DNA of 22,514 nucleotides from an uncultured archaeon (GTDB lineage Archaea > Altiarchaeota > Altiarchaeia > IMC4 > SCGC-AAA252-I15): the NCBI GenBank assembly GCA_964587725.1, contig CAZPLO010000017.1, positions 1-22,514 on the forward strand. Reading direction: 5' to 3'. This document shows positions 7,452-16,375 of the stretch, one piece after another. Below the pieces are notes generated by a model, which was not told where the DNA came from, did no database searches, and was given only the letters and a program-made list of their open reading frames with translations. The position numbers and the translations under genes were made by a program. The first letter of the stretch is position 1, and each line of letters begins with the position of its first letter.

Positions 7452-8819
7452 GTGAAAGACGACGTAAACGCTAAAATCGGCCTGGAGATACACGTGCCGT
7501 TGAAGACGGGGAGGAAGCTGTTCTGCGACTGCCCCACCAACTACTGGGCTACCGGGGAGCCGAACGTCAACACCTGCCCCGTCTGCACCGGCATGCCAGG
7601 CAGCAAACCGTATCCGTTGAACGAGGAGGCTGTGAAGACGGTTGTCATGATAGCGGAGCTTCTGGAGTGTGAGGTGGTGAGGGAGAACGTGTTCGTGAAG
7701 CGGAAACACTACAACTACCCTGACCTGCCGTCTGGGTACCAGAGGACCAGCGAACCAGTGGGGGTTAAGGGGAACCTGGAGGGCGTGGGCATATGGGAGG
7801 TGCATTTGGAGGAGGACCCTGGAAGATATGATTTGAAGACGGGGCGCGTGGACTACAACCGCAGCGGGGTGCCGTTGATTGAGATAGTCAGTGCGCCGGA
7901 CATGAAAGGCCCCGACGACGTGAGGAACTTCATGCGGGCGCTGGTGAACATACTCAAATACACGGAACGGGTGGTGGATGTCGGCGGCGTAATGCGTGCG
8001 GACGTGAACATAAGCATCGAAGGCGGTGCGAAGGTGGAGATAAAGAACGTCAACTCCGTGGCTGGCGCTTTCAAGGCCATACAGTACGAGATAATCCGGC
8101 AGAAGAACATGATGAAGAGGGGGGCGGTGGTGAAACAGGAGACCCGTGGATACAACGAGAAGACCATGGTGACGGTCGCCCAGCGGACGAAGGAGACCGC
8201 CGCCGACTACCGCTACATACCAGACCCCGACATACCACCGCAGCAGTTCAGTCCAGATTATGTGGAGTCCATTGAATTGCCGGAGACACCGCAGCTGCGG
8301 AAGAAACGTCTGGTGGATGAGTACGGCGTCCGCGACGACTACGCGTCCACCATGGTGCGGGACAAGGACATGGCCGACTTCTTCGAGGGGATAGCGGGTG
8401 AAGTGGACGTGGAGACTGCGGCGACGTGGATGACCCGGGAAGTCCTCAAGCAGCTGAACTACCGGAACATAGAATTGCGGGAGTCGAATCTGACGGCCGA
8501 GATATTCAAGGAGCTTATAACGCTAGTGTCAGGAGGCACGGTCACCGAGAACGTGGGTAAGAAGCTGCTGGAGCGCGTCATAGACTCTGGGGAAAGCCCC
8601 GCTAGGATAGTGGAGGGGGAGAAGCTGGGGCGGGTGAGCGACGCCGACAGACTTTCAGAGGTGGTGGACGAGGTGCTGGAGGAGAACCAAGACGCCGTTG
8701 AAGACTACCGCGGAGGAGAAGAGAAAGCCCTCAACCACCTCATGGGTCGGGTGATGGCGAAGATGCGGGGGCGTGCGGACAACAAGGTGGTCGCCCGGCT
8801 GCTCAGGGAGAAACTATGA
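7452..8819 (+). CDS. gatB: Aspartyl/glutamyl-tRNA amidotransferase subunit B
   Basis: KIGLEIH, KLFC, CPVCTGMPG, RKHYNYPDLP, HLEEDPG, DYNRSGVPLIEIV, VEIKN, QETR, DYRYIPDPD; GTG start. Confidence 0.96.
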   Translation: MKDDVNAKIGLEIHVPLKTGRKLFCDCPTNYWATGEPNVNTCPVCTGMPGSKPYPLNEEAVKTVVMIAELLECEVVRENVFVKRKHYNYPDLPSGYQRTSEPVGVKGNLEGVGIWEVHLEEDPGRYDLKTGRVDYNRSGVPLIEIVSAPDMKGPDDVRNFMRALVNILKYTERVVDVGGVMRADVNISIEGGAKVEIKNVNSVAGAFKAIQYEIIRQKNMMKRGAVVKQETRGYNEKTMVTVAQRTKETAADYRYIPDPDIPPQQFSPDYVESIELPETPQLRKKRLVDEYGVRDDYASTMVRDKDMADFFEGIAGEVDVETAATWMTREVLKQLNYRNIELRESNLTAEIFKELITLVSGGTVTENVGKKLLERVIDSGESPARIVEGEKLGRVSDADRLSEVVDEVLEENQDAVEDYRGGEEKALNHLMGRVMAKMRGRADNKVVARLLREKL

Positions 8820-9880
8820 AGGACGAGGAAGACCCGTTCCTGAACCTGATGAGATTCCTGGAGGGGAGAGACAGCAGGGCCCGGCAGGCAGCTGTGAAAC
8901 TCGATTCCCTTCTGGAGAAGGTAATCCACCACATCTTCATGACAGTATACCTTCTGTACGTGGGCTTCGTGCTGCTGCTCCTAACAGCACATGTTATGCT
9001 GGATTCCCCGGACCCTGGTTTGAGGGGTGTGGGGGCGGCCATGCATGTGAGCGCCGGCATACTCCAGCTGTGCCACCAGCTGCCGTACCGGAGCTTCATA
9101 TTCAATGGCATACCAATGGCTGTGTGCGCCCGCGACGTTGGCATATACCTTGGCTCAATATTGGGGGCGGCGACGTTCGCGCTGAAGAAGAAGCCGGAGA
9201 TACTGTCCAGATTCAAACTCCCCCTCCTCGCCACAGTACCGATTGCCTTGGACGGGATGACGCAGACCATACTGATGGTGAGGGAGAGCAACAACCTGGT
9301 GAGGGTCGCCACCGGCATGATATTCGCGTTCGGTGTGACAGCATACGCTGTCAACCGATTTCTACTCAGGAAATACCCCCTGTTCAGGGAGAACGTACTC
9401 GATCTCCGGTTCCTGGCCGCGGACGTTGCAGTGGTGCTGGCACTCTATTATCTGCTGTTCACCCCCCTAGGATCTGGAGTGGAAAGGGAGTACCTGGGCA
9501 GGGACGCCGCTGTTTCAAAGTCGTTGGAGATGACGGCTTTAAAGCCGGTGGCTGTGGAATCCTATTACGTGAGCTCCAGGGCGCCGGTGAGCGTCAAACT
9601 AGACCCCTTCTACACTAGACACCGGGACAACGTGTTGGACGACATCAGAAACACCGAGTGGGCTTTGGAGGATGAGGATTCCTCGGACGACGGCAACAGA
9701 ACCCTAGACGACGTACTCTACGACGTGACGGGGAAAACCCACCGCCTTGGGATATGGGCCGTGGTAGCATACAGTGAGGAGCCGGTGAGGGACGGGTCGG
9801 CGTACGTGGCCGAGGGTTCCGGAGAATACTTTTACTACGACGCCTACACAGGCGAACTCATCATGAAGGTGGAACACTAG
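8816..9880 (+). CDS. DUF2085-family membrane protein with C-terminal soluble extension
   Basis: CHQLPYRSF...MAVCARDVGIY, PIALDGMTQ, RESNNLVRVATG; several hydrophobic helices; ATGA overlap with gatB. Confidence 0.8.
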   Translation: MKDEEDPFLNLMRFLEGRDSRARQAAVKLDSLLEKVIHHIFMTVYLLYVGFVLLLLTAHVMLDSPDPGLRGVGAAMHVSAGILQLCHQLPYRSFIFNGIPMAVCARDVGIYLGSILGAATFALKKKPEILSRFKLPLLATVPIALDGMTQTILMVRESNNLVRVATGMIFAFGVTAYAVNRFLLRKYPLFRENVLDLRFLAADVAVVLALYYLLFTPLGSGVEREYLGRDAAVSKSLEMTALKPVAVESYYVSSRAPVSVKLDPFYTRHRDNVLDDIRNTEWALEDEDSSDDGNRTLDDVLYDVTGKTHRLGIWAVVAYSEEPVRDGSAYVAEGSGEYFYYDAYTGELIMKVEH

Positions 9881-9912
9881 CTTTTTAAAGGGGTTATGCC
9901 TTATTATTGAAC

Positions 9913-10734
9913 ATGCGTTCCATCGTCACCTTACTGGCTCTGGTGGTTGCAGGCTTGTTGGTTTCAGGTTGCACGCAGCCCAGCTGCGACGACGGCGTCC
10001 AAAACGGGCTTGAATCCGGGGTGGACTGCGGGGGACCCTGTGAGCCCTGCACAACATCCACCACACAACCGGAGACGGAGTGCAGCGTGCTGTCCGGGGA
10101 AGAAAAGGATATCTGCTTCTGGAACATAGCGGTAGACTCTCTTAGAGCGGATTTATGCGGGCGAGTTAGCGACAGCTTCAGACGCGACCACTGCATACGG
10201 AGCATAGCGCCTGAACTCAACGACTCCCAGTTGTGCATGGAAATCAAAGACCGTTTCGAACAGATTGAGTGCCTTAAGGAGGTTGCCGTGAAGAAGAAAG
10301 ATGCCGGCATATGCGAGGGCATCGACGACACAGCACAGAGGGACACCTGCCTGTACCGGGTAGGCTACGACACCAAATCAAACCAGACCTGCGGCAAAAT
10401 AGGGGCTGACGCGTCCCGGCTCAGGTGCCTGGCCCTCATCAACAAAGACGAGAGCTACTGTGAGAGGATAGAGAACGCTAGGGGGAGGGACTACTGCTAC
10501 AGCCGGCTGGCGACGGTGACCCCGGAGGTCTGGCTGTGCAGGACCATAAACGACACCGATGCGGCGGACGAATGCTTCATGTACGTGGCGGAGAAGAACC
10601 TCAACAACAAAACCTGCCTGGAGCTCAACGACAAAACCAGGATGCCTGAGTGCACCGCGAACGTCGCAGAGGTGGTGGAGAGGATGAACGAGCTCGTGTC
10701 AGGCATAGAAGGCGGCCGGATAGAGCCGGTTTAG
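9913..10734 (+). CDS. Cys-rich repeat surface lipoprotein
   Basis: Signal peptide with lipobox LVSGC; CDDGVQNGLESGVDCGGPCEPC module; Thr-rich linker; eight ~25-aa two-Cys repeats. Confidence 0.85.
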   Translation: MRSIVTLLALVVAGLLVSGCTQPSCDDGVQNGLESGVDCGGPCEPCTTSTTQPETECSVLSGEEKDICFWNIAVDSLRADLCGRVSDSFRRDHCIRSIAPELNDSQLCMEIKDRFEQIECLKEVAVKKKDAGICEGIDDTAQRDTCLYRVGYDTKSNQTCGKIGADASRLRCLALINKDESYCERIENARGRDYCYSRLATVTPEVWLCRTINDTDAADECFMYVAEKNLNNKTCLELNDKTRMPECTANVAEVVERMNELVSGIEGGRIEPV

Positions 10735-11705
10735 CCGGGGAACTCGACGCCCGAATCCTTCAGACGCTTCCGCACAGGCTCCAAGACCGTGTTTAGGCCG
10801 TTGTGTGCGAGTTTCTTCAGGTCCGCGGGATGCAGGTCACCGGACGAATAATCCGAATCCAGTTCAGCCACGGACGAGTATTCGACGTCGCCGCCGTATT
10901 TCTCCGGCCTAGACACAGAAAGGGTGCGGAGACGGGGGAAGAGTATAAGCTTGCACACATCCAAGACGGGGTTGTTTTCCGTCTCCGGCGGACAGTACGC
11001 GGAGTTGATTTTCTTCTTCACGCTATCGGGGCCCTCGTCCACGGCTATGATGGTCTCCGGCCTGCTGGAGGACATCTTGGAGTCCGGGCCCTGGAGGGAG
11101 CATATGAGAGGGGTGTGGATGCACACCGGCTTACGGAATCCTATTTCAGGCAGCGCCTCACGGGCGAGCATGTGTATCTTCCGCTGCTCTATGCCCCCGT
11201 ATGCGACGTCGACTTCCAACGCCTTGATGTCGACCGCCTGCATCAGAGGGTAGATTACCTGGGATACGCGGGCGTTCTCTATGTCGCGGGCGACCTCCTG
11301 CATGCTCCGGAGGGCGCGGTTCATGGTCACCTTCAACGCAACCGACAGCACATCCTCCTGGTAGCTTCTGTCGAACTGGAAGTCGGAGCCTCTAACATAA
11401 TCGGCCTTCTCCAACCCCAACGCCTTGAAGCATTCCGTCCAGTACGCCAGCATTTTTTCCAGCCACTCCTCACCGCCCTTGCGGTTCAGCATGGTGTGGA
11501 CGTCCGCCAGCAGTATCTTGACCTTGAAGCCGGCTTCCTGCATGTCCGACAGTTTGGTGGCGGTGACCATGTGGCCTACGTGCACCCTGCCGGACAATTC
11601 ATAACCGCAGTATACGGAAGGTGACTTCTTCTTAAGAACCTCCGTTAACTCGTCCTCTGTGACGACTTCGACTGTGTTCCGCGTCACAAGGCCTGCGTCG
11701 ATCAT
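10731..11705 (-). CDS. tyrS: Tyrosine--tRNA ligase (archaeal type)
   Basis: HVGH (HIGH), YPLMQAVD, GGIEQRKIH, KMSSS, LHPADLK. Confidence 0.96.
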   Translation of the reverse strand: MIDAGLVTRNTVEVVTEDELTEVLKKKSPSVYCGYELSGRVHVGHMVTATKLSDMQEAGFKVKILLADVHTMLNRKGGEEWLEKMLAYWTECFKALGLEKADYVRGSDFQFDRSYQEDVLSVALKVTMNRALRSMQEVARDIENARVSQVIYPLMQAVDIKALEVDVAYGGIEQRKIHMLAREALPEIGFRKPVCIHTPLICSLQGPDSKMSSSRPETIIAVDEGPDSVKKKINSAYCPPETENNPVLDVCKLILFPRLRTLSVSRPEKYGGDVEYSSVAELDSDYSSGDLHPADLKKLAHNGLNTVLEPVRKRLKDSGVEFPG

Positions 11706-11947
11706 TTCTTCAATGCTTCCAGCTCGCTTATGATGTCCCAGATGATGGTTTTAACGTGCATGCTTATGTTGACGTCGTTGGTTATGCTGTCTAGCGAGTA
11801 GATGGCGGATGTGACGACGACGTCAACGTCCTTGTTTTCTTTACTCAGGTCGGCCTTTATCTGGATGAGGGCTGCCTTAACCCGCTTAGGCATCGAATAG
11901 TCCTCCGACACCTCATCTATCTTGTCTATGACGCCCTGTATATCCAT
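11702..11947 (-). CDS. UPF0147 family protein
   Basis: 81 aa; D-x-SMPKRVK, AIYSLDSITNDVNI and TIIWDIISELE match the archaeal UPF0147 pattern. Confidence 0.85.
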   Translation of the reverse strand: MDIQGVIDKIDEVSEDYSMPKRVKAALIQIKADLSKENKDVDVVVTSAIYSLDSITNDVNISMHVKTIIWDIISELEALKK

Positions 11948-11995
11948 ATCAACCGCCTGTTGGACAGAAACTAGGATACTTATATGCTTTATTCG

Positions 11996-12322
11996 TTAAA
12001 AAAGGGTTCTTTTACGGGGTACGGTGACCTCGAGGACCTCGTTCCTGAAGGTTATGGACGCTTGGTCTCTGCCGAGGCCTCGGGCCCTGAAGAAGCCGGA
12101 ATACATTTTGAATCCGTTTTCGACTACGGAGACGCGGACGCCATCTTCAAGGACGATTACGCGTATGTCGTCGGGCCTTATGCCGGGCAGCTCCGCAGTC
12201 AGGGAGACGCTGTCTTCGGACTCCCGGAACTCCACATACGGTTCCAAACCGTAGTTTTGGACGCTCATGAAGTCCATGATGTGCCTGCCCAGCCGCCACA
12301 GAAAGTCGTCTAAGTCTTCCAC
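11996..12322 (-). CDS. Small heat-shock (Hsp20/alpha-crystallin-like) protein
   Basis: EPYVEFRESED, AELPGIRPDDIRV and FRNEVLEVTVPR (cf. NGVLEV); GTG start. Confidence 0.75.
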   Translation of the reverse strand: MEDLDDFLWRLGRHIMDFMSVQNYGLEPYVEFRESEDSVSLTAELPGIRPDDIRVIVLEDGVRVSVVENGFKMYSGFFRARGLGRDQASITFRNEVLEVTVPRKRTLF

Positions 12323-12357
12323 AGGGTATTAATAACGCAGGCCCCTATTTAAATGAC
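12323..12357. promoter_or_regulatory. Overlapping divergent TATA promoters for hsp20 and bud32
   Basis: 35-bp gap with TATTAATAA (12327-12335) and TATTTAAAT (12346-12354), each about 24-31 nt from the far start codon. Confidence 0.55.
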
Positions 12358-12945
12358 GTGAAACTCTACAGGAAGGGGGCGGAGGCGAACCTCTACCTCG
12401 GCGACAGCCAGCTGGTGAAGAAGCGGGTTGAGAAAAAATACAGGCTGCCCGCCTTAGACAAACGGCTGAGGAAGCGGCGGACCCGCGGAGAGGCTAAGAA
12501 CATCGAACGCGCCCGGAAAGCAGGGATAAAGGCGCCGCGCGTGTTGAGGGTGGATGAGAAAGCCTACACCATAGAGATGGAGTACGTGGAGGGGAGGCTG
12601 GTGAAGGACGTGTTCGACCGCGGCGAACGCATTGAAGAACTGTCCCGTGAAATAGGGTCCATGCTCCGGCGCCTCCACGACAGCAAACTCGTACACAACG
12701 ACTTGACCACATCCAACCTCATACTCGGCGACGATGGCGTGTACGTGATAGACTTCGGCCTAGCATACCACACCACCCGCCTGGAAGACAAGGCCATGGA
12801 CCTCGTCGTGTTCAAGAAAAGCATTATGGCCACGCACACCATCCACGCAGACAAAATATGGGTGAACCTCGTCGAAGGCTACCAGCCCGGCAAGGAAATG
12901 CTGAAACGCGTGGAAACCATAGAGAACAGGGTCCGATACAAGTGA
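12358..12945 (+). CDS. bud32: KEOPS complex kinase/ATPase Bud32
   Basis: KGAEA, VKKRVEKKYR..LD..LR..RT..EA, HNDLTTSNLI, IDFGL, EDKAMDL. Confidence 0.95.
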   Translation: MKLYRKGAEANLYLGDSQLVKKRVEKKYRLPALDKRLRKRRTRGEAKNIERARKAGIKAPRVLRVDEKAYTIEMEYVEGRLVKDVFDRGERIEELSREIGSMLRRLHDSKLVHNDLTTSNLILGDDGVYVIDFGLAYHTTRLEDKAMDLVVFKKSIMATHTIHADKIWVNLVEGYQPGKEMLKRVETIENRVRYK

Positions 12946-12958
12946 AAAGGCTTATATA
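12944..12958 (+). promoter_or_regulatory. BRE-TATA promoter for the leader peptide/cimA transcript
   Basis: GAAAAGG followed by CTTATATA; the TATA ends 28 nt before ATG 12987. Confidence 0.65.
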
Positions 12959-12986
12959 CTCTTCCCTCCTAATTCATTGTTGTAGG

Positions 12987-13049
12987 ATGGATTCCAGCAC
13001 AGCCGATAGGGCTTTGGAAGGCATCATATTCTGCATTATTGGAGCTTAG
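12987..13049 (+). CDS. Putative Ile-rich leader peptide of the cimA operon (MDSSTADRALEGIIFCIIGA)
   Basis: 20 codons, with 4 Ile in 6 codons (ATC ATA TTC TGC ATT ATT) just before the stop; upstream TATA; precedes citramalate synthase. Confidence 0.65.
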   Translation: MDSSTADRALEGIIFCIIGA

Positions 13050-13091
13050 GCTCCACACTACTATTCCTCCATCCGGTTTCGAAGGTTTTTT
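13040..13091 (+). terminator. Candidate attenuator: stop-codon hairpin plus downstream U6 tract
   Basis: TGGAGC-TTAG-GCTCCA (13040-13055) and TTTTTT (13086-13091). Confidence 0.4.
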
Positions 13092-13108
13092 GCGGTTAAA
13101 CGCATATA
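13088..13108 (+). promoter_or_regulatory. Upstream motif shared with ilvB (TTTTGCGGTTAAACGCATATA)
   Basis: 19/21 identical to the minus strand of 3888-3908; ends 18 nt before the cimA ATG. Confidence 0.6.
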
Positions 13109-13126
13109 ATATGGAGTTCACATACG

Positions 13127-14608
13127 ATGGCTAGGATATTGTTTTTGGACACGACGTTGCGGGACGGCGAGCAGACGCCGGGGGTTTCGCTGGCGCCGGA
13201 GGACAAGCTTAGGATAGCTAAGGCCCTTGATGACTTGGGTGTGGACGTGATAGAGGCTGGGAGCGCATGCACCAGCGAAGGCGAACGGGAGGGCATAAAG
13301 GAGATAGCCGCCGAAGGGTTGGATGCGGAGGTCTCAAGCTATGCGCGGCTGCTGAAGAACGACGTCGACCTGGCCCTCGAATGCGGCGTAGACAGCGTGT
13401 TCCTAGTGGCGCCTACGTCGGATTTGCACATCAAATGGAAGATTAAAAGCACCCGGGAGAAGGTATTGGAGAGGGTGGCCGAACTCACACGGTACTGCAA
13501 GGACCAGGGCGCGCTGGTGGATTTGTGCTGCGAAGACGGGAGCAGGACGGACGTCGAATACCTTCGTAAGGTGATGAATGCGGCCGTGGACGCTGGCGCC
13601 GACCGCTTCACGGTGGCGGACACCGTCGGCGTCTTGAACCCGGAGAAGACGGAGGAAATGTTCACTGAACTCAGCAAAAAAGCTAAGGTGCCGGTGGGGG
13701 TGCACTGCCACGACGACTTCGGCATGGCCACAGCCAACACCGTCACCGCCGTAAAAGCCGGCGCGAGGGTGGTGAATGTGACGGTTAACGGCTTGGGCGA
13801 ACGGGCGGGAAACACACCATTGGAGGAGGTTGCCGTCGCCCTACGGCTTACCACCGGCCACAAATTCAACCTCAGGATAGAGGGCGTGAACAAGGTCAGC
13901 CGATTGGTGGAGAAGTTAACAGGCATATCGGTGCCGCCGAACAAGGCGATAGTCGGCGAGAACGCGTTCACCCACGAGGCAGGCATCCACGTCGACGGCA
14001 TACTTAAGAAGCCCAGCACCTACGAACCCATCAAACCGGAGATAGTCGGGGCGAGGAGGAGGTTCGTTTTGGGGAAGCACGTGGGCTTCAAGAGCGTGAA
14101 GAAGATGCTGGAGGAGTCCGGCTTCAAGGTGAACGACGAGCAGGCCAAGGAAGTGTATGAGCAGGTGAAGTACATAGGCGACAAGGGGAAGAGGGTCACA
14201 TCAGTGGACCTAGACACCATAGCAAACAGCGTCCTCGGGCTGGAGAAGGAGAAACCCATCAAATTGGTTGAGCTGAGGGCTGAGGCGGGCAACAGGATAA
14301 CGCCGACGGCGACGGTGAAACTGAAGATAAACGGAGACACCATCACCTCTAAGGGCAGCGGCACCGGCCCCGTGGACGCCGCCATAAACGCCATAAAGGT
14401 GGCGACAAAGGACGTGCCGTTCGAGCTCGCAGAATACCACGTGGACGCCGTGTCCGGCGGCACGGACGCCGTGGTGCGGATACTGGTGAAATTGAAGAGC
14501 AGGGGCAAGATAGTCACGGCGGAGGGGGCGGGCGCCGACATCGTGTTGGCGTCGGTGGACGCGATGATAAACGGCTTGAACGCCATCATACTCCGGCAAC
14601 AGAGTTAA
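13127..14608 (+). CDS. cimA: (R)-citramalate synthase (LeuA/CimA family)
   Basis: DTTLRDGEQTPG, HCHDDFGMA, GLGERAGN, HEAGIH and a C-terminal regulatory domain with GPVDA. IEAGSA..SEGEREGIK matches methanogen-type CimA rather than LeuA (EAGFP). Confidence 0.85.
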   Translation: MARILFLDTTLRDGEQTPGVSLAPEDKLRIAKALDDLGVDVIEAGSACTSEGEREGIKEIAAEGLDAEVSSYARLLKNDVDLALECGVDSVFLVAPTSDLHIKWKIKSTREKVLERVAELTRYCKDQGALVDLCCEDGSRTDVEYLRKVMNAAVDAGADRFTVADTVGVLNPEKTEEMFTELSKKAKVPVGVHCHDDFGMATANTVTAVKAGARVVNVTVNGLGERAGNTPLEEVAVALRLTTGHKFNLRIEGVNKVSRLVEKLTGISVPPNKAIVGENAFTHEAGIHVDGILKKPSTYEPIKPEIVGARRRFVLGKHVGFKSVKKMLEESGFKVNDEQAKEVYEQVKYIGDKGKRVTSVDLDTIANSVLGLEKEKPIKLVELRAEAGNRITPTATVKLKINGDTITSKGSGTGPVDAAINAIKVATKDVPFELAEYHVDAVSGGTDAVVRILVKLKSRGKIVTAEGAGADIVLASVDAMINGLNAIILRQQS

Positions 14609-14636
14609 ATATTGTGAAAACACATTAGTTTGGAAG

Positions 14637-15887
14637 ATGCCGACGATTTCGGAGAAGATACTGGCCGCCAAAGCGGGCGTGAAGGAGGTGACGCCGGGGG
14701 AGATTGTGGAGGCCGAAGTAGACTACGTCATGGTAAACGACGTCACCGGCCTGCCGGCGTTCGAGGCCATAGAGGAGCTGGGGCACCCGCCGATACGCGA
14801 GAAGACGGTGCTGATACCCGACCATTACGTGCCGAACAAGGACATACCCAGCGCCGAGCAGGCGAAGAGCATGAGGGTGTTCGCCCGCAAATACGACATA
14901 GAAAACTACTTCGAAGTCGGCCGCGGTGGCGTATGCCATCAGCTGATGATAGAGAAGGGATACGTCGCACCCGGCCGGCTCATCATAGGGGCTGACAGCC
15001 ACACCTGCAGCTACGGCGCCCTCGGAGCCTTCGCAACGGGTGTCGGCAGCACCGAGGCTGCGTGCGCGATGGCTTCCGGCAGCCTGTGGTTCAAGGTTCC
15101 TGAAACCCAACGATTCACCGTCGACGGCGAACGGAAAGAGTATGTGATGGGGAAGGACATCATACTCCACGTCATAGGAGACATAGGCGTGAAGGGCTCA
15201 CTGTATAAGACGATGGAGTGGTACGGCAGCACCATCGAAGAACTTCCGCTGGCGGACAGGATAAGCATATCCAACATGGCCATCGAAGCGGGCGGGAAGG
15301 CTGGAGTAATACCTGCGGACAAGAAGGTGGACGAATACCTTGAGGGTAGGGTGCGAGGACAGTACAAGCCCGTGTACAGCGACGACGATGCGAGATACTG
15401 TGAAGAGTTCACGTACGACGCCGGTGAAATAGAGTGCACGGTGGCGGAGCCGTATCTGCCGGAGAACGCTAAACCCGTCAGCGAAGTGGATGTGGAGATA
15501 CAGCAGGCTTACCTTGGCTCATGCACCAACGGCCGCATAGAGGACATGCGGGTGGCGGCGGAGATAATCAGGGGGAGGGAGGTGCACCCTTATGTCAGGA
15601 TGATAGTTGTTCCCGCAAGCCAGGACGTCATGGACAAGATGATAACAGAGGGACTGTACGAAGTATTCAGTAAAGCGGGGGCGTACGTGTCTGGACCCAC
15701 CTGCGGAGCCTGTCTCGGAGGATACATGGGGGTGCTGGCGGAAGGCGAAGTCGCCGTGTCCTCGACGAACAGGAACTTCATAGGCCGGATGGGCCATAAG
15801 GAAAGCAGAGTGTATCTCGCCAACCCCGCGGTGGTGGCCGCGTCCGCGGTAACGGGGAAGATAACGGACCCGGGTGATTTGAAGTGA
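14637..15887 (+). CDS. leuC: 3-isopropylmalate/citramalate dehydratase large subunit
   Basis: [40 protein letters not shown]. Confidence 0.95.
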   Translation: MPTISEKILAAKAGVKEVTPGEIVEAEVDYVMVNDVTGLPAFEAIEELGHPPIREKTVLIPDHYVPNKDIPSAEQAKSMRVFARKYDIENYFEVGRGGVCHQLMIEKGYVAPGRLIIGADSHTCSYGALGAFATGVGSTEAACAMASGSLWFKVPETQRFTVDGERKEYVMGKDIILHVIGDIGVKGSLYKTMEWYGSTIEELPLADRISISNMAIEAGGKAGVIPADKKVDEYLEGRVRGQYKPVYSDDDARYCEEFTYDAGEIECTVAEPYLPENAKPVSEVDVEIQQAYLGSCTNGRIEDMRVAAEIIRGREVHPYVRMIVVPASQDVMDKMITEGLYEVFSKAGAYVSGPTCGACLGGYMGVLAEGEVAVSSTNRNFIGRMGHKESRVYLANPAVVAASAVTGKITDPGDLK

Positions 15888-16375
15888 AGGACAGAATCAA
15901 AGGACGTGTGTGGGTGTTCGGAGACAATGTCGACACGGACCAGATAATCCCCGCCGAATACCTGGTCACCGGAGACCCGGTGGAGCTGGGGAAACACGCG
16001 TTCGAACGGGTGAGGCCGGAGTTCACCGAAGGCGTTAAAGAAGGGGACGTAATAGTGGCGGGGGAGAACTTCGGGTGCGGAAGCAGCAGAGAGCATGCGC
16101 CGAGGGCACTGATGGGCTGCGGCGTACAGTGCGTGATAGCCAAAAGCTTCGCCCGCATATTCTACAGAAACAGCATCAACATCGGCCTGCCGCTGGTGGA
16201 GTGTGCCGTCGACGTGGAAGAAGGCGGCGAAGTGGAAGTAGACTACAAGAAAGGCACGGTCAAAAACCTAAAAACGGGGGAGGAATACGAGTTCAAGGCG
16301 CTGCCCGACTTCCTGCTGAAGCTTATAGAGGCTGGGGGACTGATAGAATACACGAGGGGGAAATTAGCCCGGTGA
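15884..16375 (+). CDS. leuD: 3-isopropylmalate/citramalate dehydratase small subunit
   Basis: [31 protein letters not shown]; GTGA overlap with leuC. Confidence 0.95.
   Translation: MKDRIKGRVWVFGDNVDTDQIIPAEYLVTGDPVELGKHAFERVRPEFTEGVKEGDVIVAGENFGCGSSREHAPRALMGCGVQCVIAKSFARIFYRNSINIGLPLVECAVDVEEGGEVEVDYKKGTVKNLKTGEEYEFKALPDFLLKLIEAGGLIEYTRGKLAR

Noticed and set aside
7398-7805. 136-aa N-terminal extension of Trm11
   Set aside because: Mostly antisense to gatB; homology begins at MKYILRLSGEHP (7397).
12858-12986. Longer 63-aa version of the leader ORF
   Set aside because: Overlaps bud32 out of frame and spans the TATA box; ATG 12987 fits the promoter spacing.
13127-14608. Calling this gene leuA
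   Set aside because: EAGSA and the surrounding residues match CimA better; a phylogeny would settle it.
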